A DNA stretch of 54,879 nt from a virus (Duplodnaviria > Caudoviricetes): the IMG/VR virus record IMGVR_UViG_3300036831_000090, positions 1 to 54,879 of that record. One strand, 5' to 3'. Position numbers and translations under genes: made by a program. The notes beneath the pieces are model-generated. The model was not told the DNA's origin. It worked only from the letters and a program-made list of their open reading frames with translations, and made no database searches. This document shows, one piece after another, positions 8,534-18,456 of the stretch (position 1 is its first letter; every line of letters starts with the position of its first letter).

Positions 8534-10332
8534 ATCCCCGCCAATCGGTCGATTTTCCTTCGGCCAGTGCCCTTCATAAAAGTTTGCTGCTGGTGACTCA
8601 GGCCCGCGCGTGTCATGTTATTCCAGAGTTCTTTCCGAAGCGTTCCCGCCATCTCATCTTTGGGCTGAATGTTCAGCGACGCCAACATTTCCTTCGGCGT
8701 GTTCGATTCCATCGTGTTTTTCGGAGCGTACTTGTATCGCGCAGGAGGATACTGTTCTTTCGTCAAAACCGCAATCATCCAGGCAACGGCAATGTCGTCG
8801 TGGTCGCGCATCACTTCCCAGCGCCATTCCTTGATGGTCATAAGCGCCAACTGGCTCATCAGGGCGCGGTCGTTGATGACCAGAGCTCCGGCTTCATTCT
8901 TGAGACCCATGCGGATTCCGCTTCGTGCGGCGTCGACGATCAGCCGGCGCGTCGCCTGATTCATTTCGAAGCCGAGAGCAAAACTCTTGTCCCGGCCGCG
9001 CTTGCGGTCGTCGCGGCCCTTCCAGCGGTAAATCTTTGGGTAGCGGTATTCGTCGCGCAACTTCACAAGCGCCCAGCGGCCCAGGTTTCCGGTGAGTTCG
9101 ACATTCACCATCGCGAGGTTGTAGAAGCGCCCGACCATATCGAGTTGCTGCGCGAGGACTTCGGGCGCGATGCGTTCGGCGAAGCGGCAGGCCAGTTCCC
9201 CGGTCTCGCCGCAAATGCCAACGTAAGCCGCGAAGTCCCCTTCCTCAGTTCCGAGCGCGGCGTCGGCGCCGAAGAAGTAATGCAATCCGTCGCTGCGCTT
9301 TTCCGGGTTGTAGGGAAACTTCCAAACGAATAGCGGTCCATTGTCGTCCTTCTCGAACACGACGCTGTTGTTTATGCCGCGGTGTAGCGATCCCCGCGCA
9401 ATAGGATCGCGCACCGTGCTCTCGGCGTAGGCCAATTCCTCGCGCGGGAACGCCGGGAATCCCGACACCTGAAAAGCGACTTCCGGACAATGTGGATAGT
9501 CGGTCAGCCACTTCACTTCCTGATCGCGGCAGTCGTCGGCCTTGGTTCGGCGCATCCATGCGATTTGCTCTCGGGTAGCATTGAACGGCGGAAGCATTAA
9601 TTCTTTTTCGAGGTCGTCTTTCGGGGCGTCGGAGGCTTCTTCTTCCGGTCGGCGGCACTGCGGGTCGTTCAGCCAGCCGAGGAACATCGGAATGTATCCG
9701 TTCGCGCCCTTGACGGCGTTATCCCAGTATTCCGAAAACGCGGCGCCGGGTCCTTCTCTGCCGTTCGCCGTCGATTCGATCACCACAATGGAGCCTTCGC
9801 CCTTCGACACCGAAGAAATCATGGCCGTAAACGATTCGTCCGACGGATAAAAGGCCGCCTCGCTGAGATGAAGTGCCGACAACGTGCCACCGCGCCCAGC
9901 CGACGGCGTTCCCGCGGTGGCCATCGTGATATTGCTTTCGCCGCCCTTGTGCGGGAATCGCAGCCGCTTTTGCTGTACGTCTTCGAGCGCGAAGCCGGGG
10001 AAGGCGCGCGACAGGTCGGACGGCACGCGGAAAAGCTCCTCGGCTGATCCCGCGAGGTGCGCCACGATCTTCGCGTTCATGTTCGGATAGGCGAGGCAGA
10101 AGGCCCACATCATTGCGTCGGTCTGAGCGGATACGCCGACGCGCCGGGCTTTAAGGTCAATGATGCGGATTTTCTTTTCGCGCTTCCACTGCTCGGACAT
10201 CACACGCCAACGGATATTCTGGTTGGGATTGAAATTGAACGAGGTCATGCGGTGGGTGCCGATGTCCTTGATCGGTAGGTGCGCGAGGAGTTGGCGGGAA
10301 CGGTGGAGCCAGTTTGGTTCTTCGGCTTTCAT
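8530..10332 (-). CDS. terL: Terminase large subunit
   Basis: LKARRVGVS (Walker A-like), LHLSEAAFY (Walker B), IESTANG coupling motif, RNase H-like FFGADAALG..GDF and HDD. Confidence 0.93.
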   Translation of the reverse strand: MKAEEPNWLHRSRQLLAHLPIKDIGTHRMTSFNFNPNQNIRWRVMSEQWKREKKIRIIDLKARRVGVSAQTDAMMWAFCLAYPNMNAKIVAHLAGSAEELFRVPSDLSRAFPGFALEDVQQKRLRFPHKGGESNITMATAGTPSAGRGGTLSALHLSEAAFYPSDESFTAMISSVSKGEGSIVVIESTANGREGPGAAFSEYWDNAVKGANGYIPMFLGWLNDPQCRRPEEEASDAPKDDLEKELMLPPFNATREQIAWMRRTKADDCRDQEVKWLTDYPHCPEVAFQVSGFPAFPREELAYAESTVRDPIARGSLHRGINNSVVFEKDDNGPLFVWKFPYNPEKRSDGLHYFFGADAALGTEEGDFAAYVGICGETGELACRFAERIAPEVLAQQLDMVGRFYNLAMVNVELTGNLGRWALVKLRDEYRYPKIYRWKGRDDRKRGRDKSFALGFEMNQATRRLIVDAARSGIRMGLKNEAGALVINDRALMSQLALMTIKEWRWEVMRDHDDIAVAWMIAVLTKEQYPPARYKYAPKNTMESNTPKEMLASLNIQPKDEMAGTLRKELWNNMTRAGLSHQQQTFMKGTGRRKIDRLAGI

Positions 10333-10481
10333 ACAGGTTTATGTCCGGAGAGACGCTGCCGTAGCGTCAAGGTTTCCTTCGGCTTCCACCAAAGAGGGTC
10401 CTTCCGCACCTTTTCGATGTGCTCGATGAGGCTCACATTCAGGAGCATTTTGTTGTCTTCGAATTGGACTCTATTGCTCAA
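10329..10481 (-). CDS. Small hypothetical protein (50 aa)
   Basis: Not in track; TTG..TGA fills the gap and overlaps the terL ATG. Confidence 0.45.
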   Translation of the reverse strand: MSNRVQFEDNKMLLNVSLIEHIEKVRKDPLWWKPKETLTLRQRLSGHKPV

Positions 10482-11037
10482 CGCTTGCGTCTTTCGCTTC
10501 CTGAATGAATCGGTCGCGGCGCTGGTCGATGCGGAACTGGTGCCAGCGGATCACACACAGTTCGCCGCACAGGTCGATGCGCGGGAAAAGTCCGGTATCG
10601 GGATCGCGGTAGGAGTAGTCGGTCATGCCGGGTCGGCCACCGAACTGCTTCTTGCACATGTAGCAGGTGTAGCCGTCTTTTTCGGCCATCGAGCGGGCGT
10701 TGAGTATTTTTCCGGCTTTCTCGAACTCGGCCTTAATATGAGCGTAGAGTCCCTGCGCCTCAGCCATCGAGATTCCGTGCCAGTCGACGTTCACGATAAT
10801 CTGCGGAGGTCCATAACTGCCCTGCACCATCGGGATCACTTCTGCGATTTGCTCTTTCGGTAGGATTGGATCACCGAATGTTACCGCGCCGCGCGTCGGC
10901 ACTTTCGCCATTGCTTCTTGCAGGGGATTGTTCCCTGGTTCCTTCGGCTTCTCGGCGGCTTTCTTGGCGAGGCGGTCGGCGTTCAGGGATTTCATTCTTT
11001 CGGACATCGCCGCACGGGCGGCTTCGGACATCGGCAT
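10471..11037 (-). CDS. Hypothetical protein with C-terminal zinc finger
   Basis: CYMC...CGELC; GGAG RBS. Confidence 0.6.
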   Translation of the reverse strand: MPMSEAARAAMSERMKSLNADRLAKKAAEKPKEPGNNPLQEAMAKVPTRGAVTFGDPILPKEQIAEVIPMVQGSYGPPQIIVNVDWHGISMAEAQGLYAHIKAEFEKAGKILNARSMAEKDGYTCYMCKKQFGGRPGMTDYSYRDPDTGLFPRIDLCGELCVIRWHQFRIDQRRDRFIQEAKDASVEQ

Positions 11038-11040
11038 GTT

Positions 11041-11295
11041 TTATTCTCCACGGTCGGCAAACGAGAAAGACGGGCGGCTCGATTCGTGACTGACTTGCGC
11101 CTCGCGGGCGGCCTTATGTTTTAAGAACGCCTGAAACTTTCCTGCATTTTCATCGCGGTCTTTCGGCCAGACGTTGATGGATTTACAGGTGCGGCACCGA
11201 ATGACGAATGCTCCGTCGGTTTCCTTTGACACGTATGTGTCGGAGCGCTCGCAGGAACCTTCGAGGTGATTGGCGCATCTTGGAATCTGTGGCAC
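11041..11295 (-). CDS. Zinc-finger protein, Mu Com-like; first gene of leftward operon
   Basis: RCANH...C...IRCRTCKSINVW; GTG 6 nt after a TATAGT box (leaderless). Confidence 0.5.
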   Translation of the reverse strand: MPQIPRCANHLEGSCERSDTYVSKETDGAFVIRCRTCKSINVWPKDRDENAGKFQAFLKHKAAREAQVSHESSRPSFSFADRGE

Positions 11296-11385
11296 GCGGC
11301 CACTATAAAACCGCAACCGACATTTTCACAAGCGCTTTATTGGGAACCGTTGCGTATGCCCATCTAGTATGGTACGGTGTCGGCC
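11296..11385. promoter_or_regulatory. Divergent sigma70-like promoters for the virion arm (left) and glycan operon (right)
   Basis: Left: TTGTGA-18-TATAGT. Right: TTGCGT-17-TACGGT with TG extension; spacer contains CGTATGCCCATCTAGTA. Confidence 0.6.
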
Positions 11386-11559
11386 ATGAGAGGCAAGCTC
11401 ACAAGAGGAATTTGTAAGGTGCATTCTCGGCCGTTCCCGTGTTTGTCGTGTCGGGCAGCGAAGGGCGGGCGGGTGTCGTCGCCGAAGAAGACAGCGGCGA
11501 ATAGACTCAAATGTCGCGCAGCCGCGGCAGCAAGGTGGCATCCACAGGTGAGCAAGTGA
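11386..11559 (+). CDS. Small basic Cys/His protein, possible nucleic-acid binder
   Basis: MRGKLTRGICKVHSRPFPCLSCRAAKGG..SPKKTAANR; leaderless ATG. Confidence 0.55.
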   Translation: MRGKLTRGICKVHSRPFPCLSCRAAKGGRVSSPKKTAANRLKCRAAAAARWHPQVSK

Positions 11560-11689
11560 TCCGATTCCTGCGGGATTTATACCACCGATACGATAAATGG
11601 GTAATGGAAGTAGGTTACCTGCTGCATCCAGAATGGCGGAAGCTCGACGAAATGATCGCAATAATTGATAAATTAGAGAAAAACAAATC

Positions 11690-12124
11690 GTGATCGAGCG
11701 AGGACTTTGCGATGCGTGCGCGAACGGCAATCACTCCGCCTGTTCCAGTATCGGCTGCATCTGCGGGCACAGAATCGCAGAACGTAAACGGGAAGCTGTT
11801 CCACAAGGAACGTCGAGCACGTCGCCGCTCGTTTGCCCGAATTGCTCGAAGGTTCCGCGAAATGGAGACACGTTTTGCCGCGCCGACGGGTCACGACTGA
11901 CGCTTGGTAGCCGATGCTCCTGCGGGCATGGGATGGAACAAGAAGACTGGTTCTGCGGGGCGTGCGGTAAGCGGCGGGAAATACCGACGAAGCAATCGGA
12001 GCCCATCATCGACGGAAACGCGGAAATAGCCTCCGACGAATTCAAGCACATGGAAGAAGAACTGGCAGCGAAGGCCAAGGCCCGACCGTCGGACGTGGAA
12101 GTAGCGGCAACGGAGGTTCGATGA
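11690..12124 (+). CDS. Multi zinc-ribbon protein
   Basis: CDAC..H..C..CICGH, CPNC..FCRADG, CSCG..FCGACG. Confidence 0.7.
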   Translation: MIERGLCDACANGNHSACSSIGCICGHRIAERKREAVPQGTSSTSPLVCPNCSKVPRNGDTFCRADGSRLTLGSRCSCGHGMEQEDWFCGACGKRREIPTKQSEPIIDGNAEIASDEFKHMEEELAAKAKARPSDVEVAATEVR

Positions 12125-12387
12125 GCGAAATCACACAGGGACTTGTCGATCGGATTATCGCCGACCGCCCATTTAAGCTAAACGCCGAGGAAGTGAATTA
12201 CCGACCGGCCAATGGTGAGGACCCTTGCGACACCTGCATCCACCTGTTCAAGCGCGTGCTCGACGGATTCCACACTTGTGAAATTTTCAGAGATGAACAG
12301 ACAGACGAAAAGGGCGTCGACCCCACCTACGTCTGCGACTTCTGGAACGACGGAAAAGAGACCGAAGATGCGCACAGTAAATCCTGA
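12121..12387 (+). CDS. HiPIP-like four-Cys protein
   Basis: Y.....CDTC..F...CEIF....V....CDFW spacing resembles high-potential Fe-S proteins. Confidence 0.45.
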   Translation: MSEITQGLVDRIIADRPFKLNAEEVNYRPANGEDPCDTCIHLFKRVLDGFHTCEIFRDEQTDEKGVDPTYVCDFWNDGKETEDAHSKS

Positions 12388-12608
12388 TACCGTCGACTAC
12401 CTGATTGCCGCCGGCGTCGCCGCGCTGCTGTTTCTGTTCGCGTGGGTGATTCGGTGATCCCGAAACTCAAAGAACCGATTCCGCCACCGAAACCTGGATC
12501 AATCGTCGTATACGATGTGCCCAGTTGGCTTGACCGGAATTATAGGCTCATCATGCTTTTGTCGATGTTCGCGGAACTTGCTCTCCTCGCGGTCTTGGTG
12601 GTGCTCGA

Positions 12609-13208
12609 ATGGAAAAGGTAGACCTGTTTATTAGGACTTTCGAACCGGGAGTACCCGACCTCGGTTGGGGCAGCCTCGGCATCCGACGCGGGATGGCAAT
12701 GTCGGTTACGGCTCGATGGGCTCTCCAACCCGACGTGCATCCCACCATCTTGTGTAACGAATTTTACTCAACTGCGCTCGACATTCGAATCGTCGACCAT
12801 ATCGGCTTCCACATGAAAAGTAAGCGCGCCGCCGAGCGCCTGTCTAAGTCTCCTGTCTATGTGGTCTGCGACGATGACTGCTTAATCCTCCAAAAAAACT
12901 TTATTTCTATGGGCTTGATGGCGATGCGATCTTTTCCTGAATTCGGAATGATTGGTGGATGGAATATCACCGATGATCCTGACTGTTCGGGCCATGCTGG
13001 TTTAGTCGAGAAGGACCCCGGAGGGATTGTCTTCGTTCGCAAGGGAATTCTCACCGATTTCGAGGATCACGGTGCCGATAAAGTCGACGGATCACTGGCC
13101 GATGAAATGCGCCGGAAGGGACACAAGGTAGGCGTAACACAGGTGTCAAAATTTAATCACATTGGGTCCGGCTACTCTCTGACGAGCAAAGGAAACTGGA
13201 ACGCATGA
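12609..13208 (+). CDS. GT-A fold glycosyltransferase-like protein
   Basis: YVVCDDDCL (DxD), FVRKG, D..L...G.KV....H.G. Confidence 0.7.
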   Translation: MEKVDLFIRTFEPGVPDLGWGSLGIRRGMAMSVTARWALQPDVHPTILCNEFYSTALDIRIVDHIGFHMKSKRAAERLSKSPVYVVCDDDCLILQKNFISMGLMAMRSFPEFGMIGGWNITDDPDCSGHAGLVEKDPGGIVFVRKGILTDFEDHGADKVDGSLADEMRRKGHKVGVTQVSKFNHIGSGYSLTSKGNWNA

Positions 13209-13594
13209 GATTCAGTCCGAAACTAGAACCGTTTCGTTTGCGCGATGGTCCATACGCTTCTGATCCTGGCAGCGATTATGGTGCATTCTTAATCCCCGGT
13301 CCAAAAGGCGCAGACCTGCGCGTGATTGCCTCTCCCGGCGATGCCGACGAAAACATTCCTTGGGAACACGTCAGCGTCTCGACGACGCACCGATGCCCAG
13401 ATTGGCCGGAGATGTGTTTCATCAAAGAACTGTTTTGGGACGAAGAAGAAACCGTAATGCAACTTCATCCGCCGAAATCCCAATGGATCAACAATCACAA
13501 TTTCTGTTTGCATCTTTGGAAGCCGACGAATGCGGAGATTCCGCTTCCCCCTAGCAATACGGTGGGGAATAAAGAACTCGGCGTCCTGAAATGA
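13205..13594 (+). CDS. Conserved phage hypothetical protein
   Basis: WEHVSVS..RCP.W.EMC.IKELFW..EE.V.QLHP..CLHLW motif common in phages. Confidence 0.7.
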   Translation: MRFSPKLEPFRLRDGPYASDPGSDYGAFLIPGPKGADLRVIASPGDADENIPWEHVSVSTTHRCPDWPEMCFIKELFWDEEETVMQLHPPKSQWINNHNFCLHLWKPTNAEIPLPPSNTVGNKELGVLK

Positions 13595-14580
13595 AAAAAT
13601 CACTCGTGGTCACCACGATCCAAGCTCCGACCACCGCCATGCGCAAGCTGGCCGAGGGAGCCATCGCGCACGGGTTCGACTTCCACGTTGTCGGCGACGA
13701 GAAGACTCCCAAGGACTTTGATCTGTCGGGCGCGGCGTATTACGGCACGGGACTCCAATCCACATTGGAATTTAAGATCGTCTCCAAACTGTCACCGAAC
13801 AGCTACGCCCGTAAGAACATCGGATACCTAGTGGCGATGGGATTGGGTGCCGACATTATCAAGGAAACCGACGACGACAATTCGCCCCTGCCGACCTTTT
13901 GGAATGAACCGAAGCGAACCGTAAAAGCCTACATCCAACACAAATGCTGGGTGAATCCCTACCAGTGGTTTACGTCGTCGAAAGTGTGGCCGCGAGGACT
14001 GCCGCTCGATGAAGTGGGTCCGAAAGTTCTGTCGTCGGAGTCGGCGGATGCGGACTGCCCCATTCAACAGGGACTTGTGAACGGTGATCCTGACGTCGAC
14101 GCCATCTTTCGATTGACGGCCTTGCCGATGCGCGATTTTCGGGAGAGCGGGATCCGCATTGCTGTCGGCGAGGGAGCATGGTGCCCATTCAACAGTCAGA
14201 ACACGCTCTGGTTTCAGGATGCGTTTCCGCTGATGTATCTGCCGTCGACGTGCAGCATTCGGTTGACCGACATCTGGCGCAGCTTCGTCGCCCAGCGGAT
14301 TTGTTGGGAGCACGGATGGTCGGTGCTGTTTCATGGGCCGACCGCAGTTCAAGAACGAAACCCGCACAACTTGATGAGGGATTTTGAGCACGAGATTCCT
14401 GGCTACGTGTGGAACAAATATATCGCCGAACAACTGGAATCCCTGTCTCTTGGGAAGTCGATCGCGTCTGACTTGGTTGCTTGCTACGAACTCCTCTGCA
14501 AGATGGAGTTACTGACTCCGGCCGAAATGCCTATTCTCGAAGCGTGGCTTGAGGACGTAGGAGGATTATGGCAAAAGTAA
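13591..14580 (+). CDS. STELLO/DUF288-like glycosyltransferase
   Basis: VVTTI, VGDEKTP, SYARKNIGYL, ETDDDN, DPDVDAIFRL, PFNSQNT, R.TDIWRS, RNPH. Confidence 0.85.
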   Translation: MKKSLVVTTIQAPTTAMRKLAEGAIAHGFDFHVVGDEKTPKDFDLSGAAYYGTGLQSTLEFKIVSKLSPNSYARKNIGYLVAMGLGADIIKETDDDNSPLPTFWNEPKRTVKAYIQHKCWVNPYQWFTSSKVWPRGLPLDEVGPKVLSSESADADCPIQQGLVNGDPDVDAIFRLTALPMRDFRESGIRIAVGEGAWCPFNSQNTLWFQDAFPLMYLPSTCSIRLTDIWRSFVAQRICWEHGWSVLFHGPTAVQERNPHNLMRDFEHEIPGYVWNKYIAEQLESLSLGKSIASDLVACYELLCKMELLTPAEMPILEAWLEDVGGLWQK

Positions 14581-15926
14581 TTTTAGTTGGGGGTCCCTCA
14601 TTTGAGCTTTTTAATCCGTCGCTTCACGCTTCTCTCGGAACACTTTATCTCGGGGCCGCGCTCCGTGCTGCGGGCCATGAAGTCAAGATTCAGGACTGCC
14701 ATAAACTCTGCTCATTCGCAGATGGCAAGCTGGATGTGAACACGGACCTTCTGGAGCCGTGCGACGTGCTCGGTGTGTCGATCGTGACGCCCAACGCGGA
14801 GTTTGGCGGACAATTGGCCGCCGCTTGGCCGGCGAAATACAAGGTGGCCGGTGGCCCGCATGTAACCTACATCATTGAAGGCCCGCACGAGCAGTTCAAA
14901 AAGAAATCGTACTTCGAGGGATTCGACTACCTGATGACGGGAGAATGTGAGGAATCCTTTGTCGCATTTGTGGATGAAATTCGGCGAGGCGGGTCTGAAT
15001 CATCCCTTCGCCGTGTTCCTGGTGTGGTTTGGTTTGACGGTCTTGGTTATCACCACATGCCTTCTCCGCCTTTACCAGACGTCACGAAAATGGCCATGCC
15101 CGCGTACGACCTTTGGGAAAACTACTCCTCCGGCGGGCTCCAAGTCGCTTCCAAGAGCGGAAAGTCTATCGACGCCGAGGAACGGAAAATTGGTAGTCTT
15201 TGGACCGCGCGCGGTTGCCCATACGGGTGCCACTTCTGCGCCGACGCCCGCACCAAACTCCGCGAGGAAACCTTTGAGCAGATCGAGAGGGAAGTTAGGG
15301 CACTTGCCGACCTGGGAGTAACAGCGCTACGGGTGTGGGACGACGTGCTGACGATCAAGGACAAGCGATGTCGGGAACTAGCGGCCCTGTTCCATGACTA
15401 CGGGATGCTGTGGCGCGGCTGGAGCCGGGTGAACCTGATGAATCCGACACTGTTCCAGTATCTCGCCACGAAGGGTTGCACGGAGATGGGATTTGGTGTT
15501 GAGCACGGCTCTGCTCGGATGCTGAAGGAAATGAACAAGGGAACGACGCCCGAAGCCAACGAGAAGGGCATCAAGATTTGTCAGGATGCGGGAATCGTAG
15601 CGCGAGCCTACCTGCTCATCGGCTTTCCCGGCGAAACGTGGGAGTCGATCTACGAGATGCGGGATTGGCTGGCGCAGGTAATGCCGGATGCGGCGAGTCT
15701 TCACAGTTTTCAACCCTACCCAGGGTGCGATGTCTGGAACCGTCCGGAACATTATGGCGTGAAGGTTTCCGCGCAAACATTTTCTTCCATGTGGGAACTG
15801 TCCGAAGACGAAAGCACCTGCACGCTGGAAATTCCGACGATGACGAAATCAGAAGTAGTCGAGGCCCGCAAGTATCTACACGAATGGATCACTGAAAACA
15901 TTTCCCTGCGACCCGTGAACCGATGA
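14568..15926 (+). CDS. B12-binding domain radical SAM protein (class B methyltransferase-like)
   Basis: N-terminal LGTLYLGAALR..GHEV..D and GGPH.T; RGCPYGCHFC (CxxxCxxC); GVEHGS, IGFPGET. Confidence 0.92.
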   Translation: MAKVILVGGPSFELFNPSLHASLGTLYLGAALRAAGHEVKIQDCHKLCSFADGKLDVNTDLLEPCDVLGVSIVTPNAEFGGQLAAAWPAKYKVAGGPHVTYIIEGPHEQFKKKSYFEGFDYLMTGECEESFVAFVDEIRRGGSESSLRRVPGVVWFDGLGYHHMPSPPLPDVTKMAMPAYDLWENYSSGGLQVASKSGKSIDAEERKIGSLWTARGCPYGCHFCADARTKLREETFEQIEREVRALADLGVTALRVWDDVLTIKDKRCRELAALFHDYGMLWRGWSRVNLMNPTLFQYLATKGCTEMGFGVEHGSARMLKEMNKGTTPEANEKGIKICQDAGIVARAYLLIGFPGETWESIYEMRDWLAQVMPDAASLHSFQPYPGCDVWNRPEHYGVKVSAQTFSSMWELSEDESTCTLEIPTMTKSEVVEARKYLHEWITENISLRPVNR

Positions 15927-16615
15927 ACCTGTCCGTCGTGATGACCACAAGGAACGACTCCCGGCAGGCGAATTTCCTGCAAGCGATTCGGCAATTCAAG
16001 AAACTGGATGCGGAGATCGTGGTCGTCGAGTGGCATCCGCTCCTGAACAACCAACCTTTGTGGAACACGGTCGAAGGCGTTCGTATTATCACCGTGCCCG
16101 GCGACGGCAAGTTCGAGGAATTTAAGGCCAAGAATGTCGGCATCCGTCGGGCGAAGGGAGACTTTATCCTCTCGACCAATCCCGACATCCTTCTCTCGCA
16201 GGAAATGATCGACTGGCTGAATCAGGTTCCTACGAAGTTGCGACAGGATTGTTTCTATCGGGCGAACCGGCACGACCTCGATGAAGAAGGAAATGTTTTC
16301 AACATCCACCGGAATACGATGTGCGACCGCGTACACCACACGAATGCCGCGGGCGACTTCATGCTGATGCACCGCAGCCAGTGGGATTATTTGCGGGCAT
16401 ACCTGGAGCTAGAAACTACTGATATGGTCGACGCCTATATCATCCACCACGCAATCCGGCGCAGCGCGTTGAAACAAGTAATCCTCGAAGAACCGATCTA
16501 CCATCTGCCGCATCCCGTGAGTTTTACTCCGAGCGCCGTGTTTCGCGACGAAATGAATAATTCGTGGAACGAAGAAAGTTGGGGCATGGCCGGAGTCGAG
16601 TTGGAGGAATCTTGA
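15923..16615 (+). CDS. GT2-like glycosyltransferase
   Basis: LSVVMTTRND, EIVVVEW, AKNVGIRRAKGDFILSTNPDI, GDFMLM. Confidence 0.8.
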   Translation: MNLSVVMTTRNDSRQANFLQAIRQFKKLDAEIVVVEWHPLLNNQPLWNTVEGVRIITVPGDGKFEEFKAKNVGIRRAKGDFILSTNPDILLSQEMIDWLNQVPTKLRQDCFYRANRHDLDEEGNVFNIHRNTMCDRVHHTNAAGDFMLMHRSQWDYLRAYLELETTDMVDAYIIHHAIRRSALKQVILEEPIYHLPHPVSFTPSAVFRDEMNNSWNEESWGMAGVELEES

Positions 16616-17613
16616 AAGTTGCGGTCCTCAGTCCGACGGTCCTTGCGATCTACGAAAAGATGGCGGTCCTGTTTCCCGACGAGGGAATTGATGTGGTCGG
16701 CCCGCGCATCGACGACAACCCGCCCGAGCGGCTGTTCGAGATTCAACGCCGTGTGCGCGAGTGGGCGGAAGTTGGGCTTCAGATTCGATTCGTCGACAAA
16801 CCGTACTCCGAGATTGATTTCTCCGGCTACGACTTGCTAATCGAAACCGTGGAAACCTTTCAGTACGCCGAGGATTGGAAAAACCACTGCACCCGCGTCG
16901 AATGCCCGATCATCGTATCGTCCTGCTGGTACGATTCTCCGCGCACGCTAATTCCGTCGGGATATATCGAAGCCGTGAGGAAGTTTCCAGTCGTCGTGCA
17001 GATGCCAGCGAACTTAGCGGGATGGCGGGCTTCTCCGTTTGCCGATGTCACGGCTATCGTCAATCCGGTCGGCGAGTGGTACTTCGATGAGCCGTGGACG
17101 GGCGACAACGGTAAAGCTCTCTACGTTCTTGCTGGCAAAGACCTGTGGCGTCCCGCGGATAAGCGTGTACTGGGGCTCGACATTGTGGAGCGATTGCAAG
17201 AGCGGTTCCCCAGCCGGATTCTACACCACGACGGCGCCGTAAACTACCTGACGCCGAAAGAACTGGGAAAGTTGTATGCTTCGTCGCGCGTGTTCCTGCA
17301 ACTGGATGATCCGGATTCGGGAAGGCCGCTGTGCGGAACTTTTACCGAGGCGGTCGCGGTCGGGTGCCCGGTGCTGACGAAATCATCGACAGCAATGGAC
17401 TACACGAAATACGTGAACGGAAACGGATTGATGACGAACGACTTCGAGCAGATGTGTACGTTCATCAATCTTCTGTTCACCGATGATTCGCTGGCGCAAA
17501 TCGCCAGTCACAACGGTCGCGAAATAGGACGAGAACATTTCTCCTACGCCGCCGTCCGACCCCAGTACGACGCCCTGATCCACCGCGCCCAGGAGGCGTT
17601 TCGAAGCCGATGA
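16612..17613 (+). CDS. GT-B (GT4-like) glycosyltransferase
   Basis: LYASSRVFL..., EAVAVGCPVL, NGL, F.......Y..L C-terminal pattern; TTG start after GGAGG. Confidence 0.8.
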   Translation: MKVAVLSPTVLAIYEKMAVLFPDEGIDVVGPRIDDNPPERLFEIQRRVREWAEVGLQIRFVDKPYSEIDFSGYDLLIETVETFQYAEDWKNHCTRVECPIIVSSCWYDSPRTLIPSGYIEAVRKFPVVVQMPANLAGWRASPFADVTAIVNPVGEWYFDEPWTGDNGKALYVLAGKDLWRPADKRVLGLDIVERLQERFPSRILHHDGAVNYLTPKELGKLYASSRVFLQLDDPDSGRPLCGTFTEAVAVGCPVLTKSSTAMDYTKYVNGNGLMTNDFEQMCTFINLLFTDDSLAQIASHNGREIGREHFSYAAVRPQYDALIHRAQEAFRSR

Positions 17614-18443
17614 TCTCCATTCTCTTGCCGAGCCGCAAACGTGGTCCTGAACTGCTACGAATGGTCTCATCTATTTGGACGACGAAGGCCACTCCTAAAA
17701 TTGAAATCGTAATTCGGTTTGATGAAGATGACACAGAGACTATCTACGGATTTAGGAATCACGGCGATTGGACAACTCTTGATATTAAAATTCTGGTCGG
17801 CCCACGAATCCGAAAAAGGACCCAGTACTGGAATGAGTGTTTTACGGCATGCTCTGGAGACATTGTGTGCCAGGCCAATGACGATTGTGTCTGGAGAGAT
17901 GACGGATGGGATTTGCTTGTCGAGAACGCATTCGCCGAATGCCCCGACCAGATTCTCGTGGTCCACGGAGACCACCTTGGCGGATATGACGGCAGACTCT
18001 TTGGTCCGCATCCATTTACCAGCCGCAAGTGGGTTGAGACCGTCGGTTACTTCACGCCGCCACACTATTCTTCCGACCACGGGGATACTTTTTTGAACGA
18101 TGTAGCGAACGCGCTCGGACGCCGCAGATTCTTGCCGTTCGTCCTGGAACATATGCATTTCGGCACAGGCAAGTCGGAACTCGATGAAACCTATCGCGAC
18201 AGGCTGAAAGACCATGACGAAGATAACCCCGAGGCACTATACGTGTCGCATCTGCCGGAGCGCGTTGAAGCGGCCAATAAACTTGGAGCCGTGATGGTTC
18301 CCCCTCGCAGAATCATAGCGTCGCGCTTTAGTCCGCACCGCGGCGCTGGTGAATGTCCTAAGTGTCAATCGCAGTCGACCGTGTTTCAGGATAATGGTAT
18401 CGCTTGTAATTCTTGCGGCCATCGGTGGGCGTTCCGACGATGA
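17610..18443 (+). CDS. GT2-like glycosyltransferase with C-terminal zinc ribbon
   Basis: ISILLPSRKR, ANDD..W...GWD, EHMH; tail CPKC..CNSC. Confidence 0.8.
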   Translation: MISILLPSRKRGPELLRMVSSIWTTKATPKIEIVIRFDEDDTETIYGFRNHGDWTTLDIKILVGPRIRKRTQYWNECFTACSGDIVCQANDDCVWRDDGWDLLVENAFAECPDQILVVHGDHLGGYDGRLFGPHPFTSRKWVETVGYFTPPHYSSDHGDTFLNDVANALGRRRFLPFVLEHMHFGTGKSELDETYRDRLKDHDEDNPEALYVSHLPERVEAANKLGAVMVPPRRIIASRFSPHRGAGECPKCQSQSTVFQDNGIACNSCGHRWAFRR

Positions 18444-18456
18444 ATCAGAGGATTTT

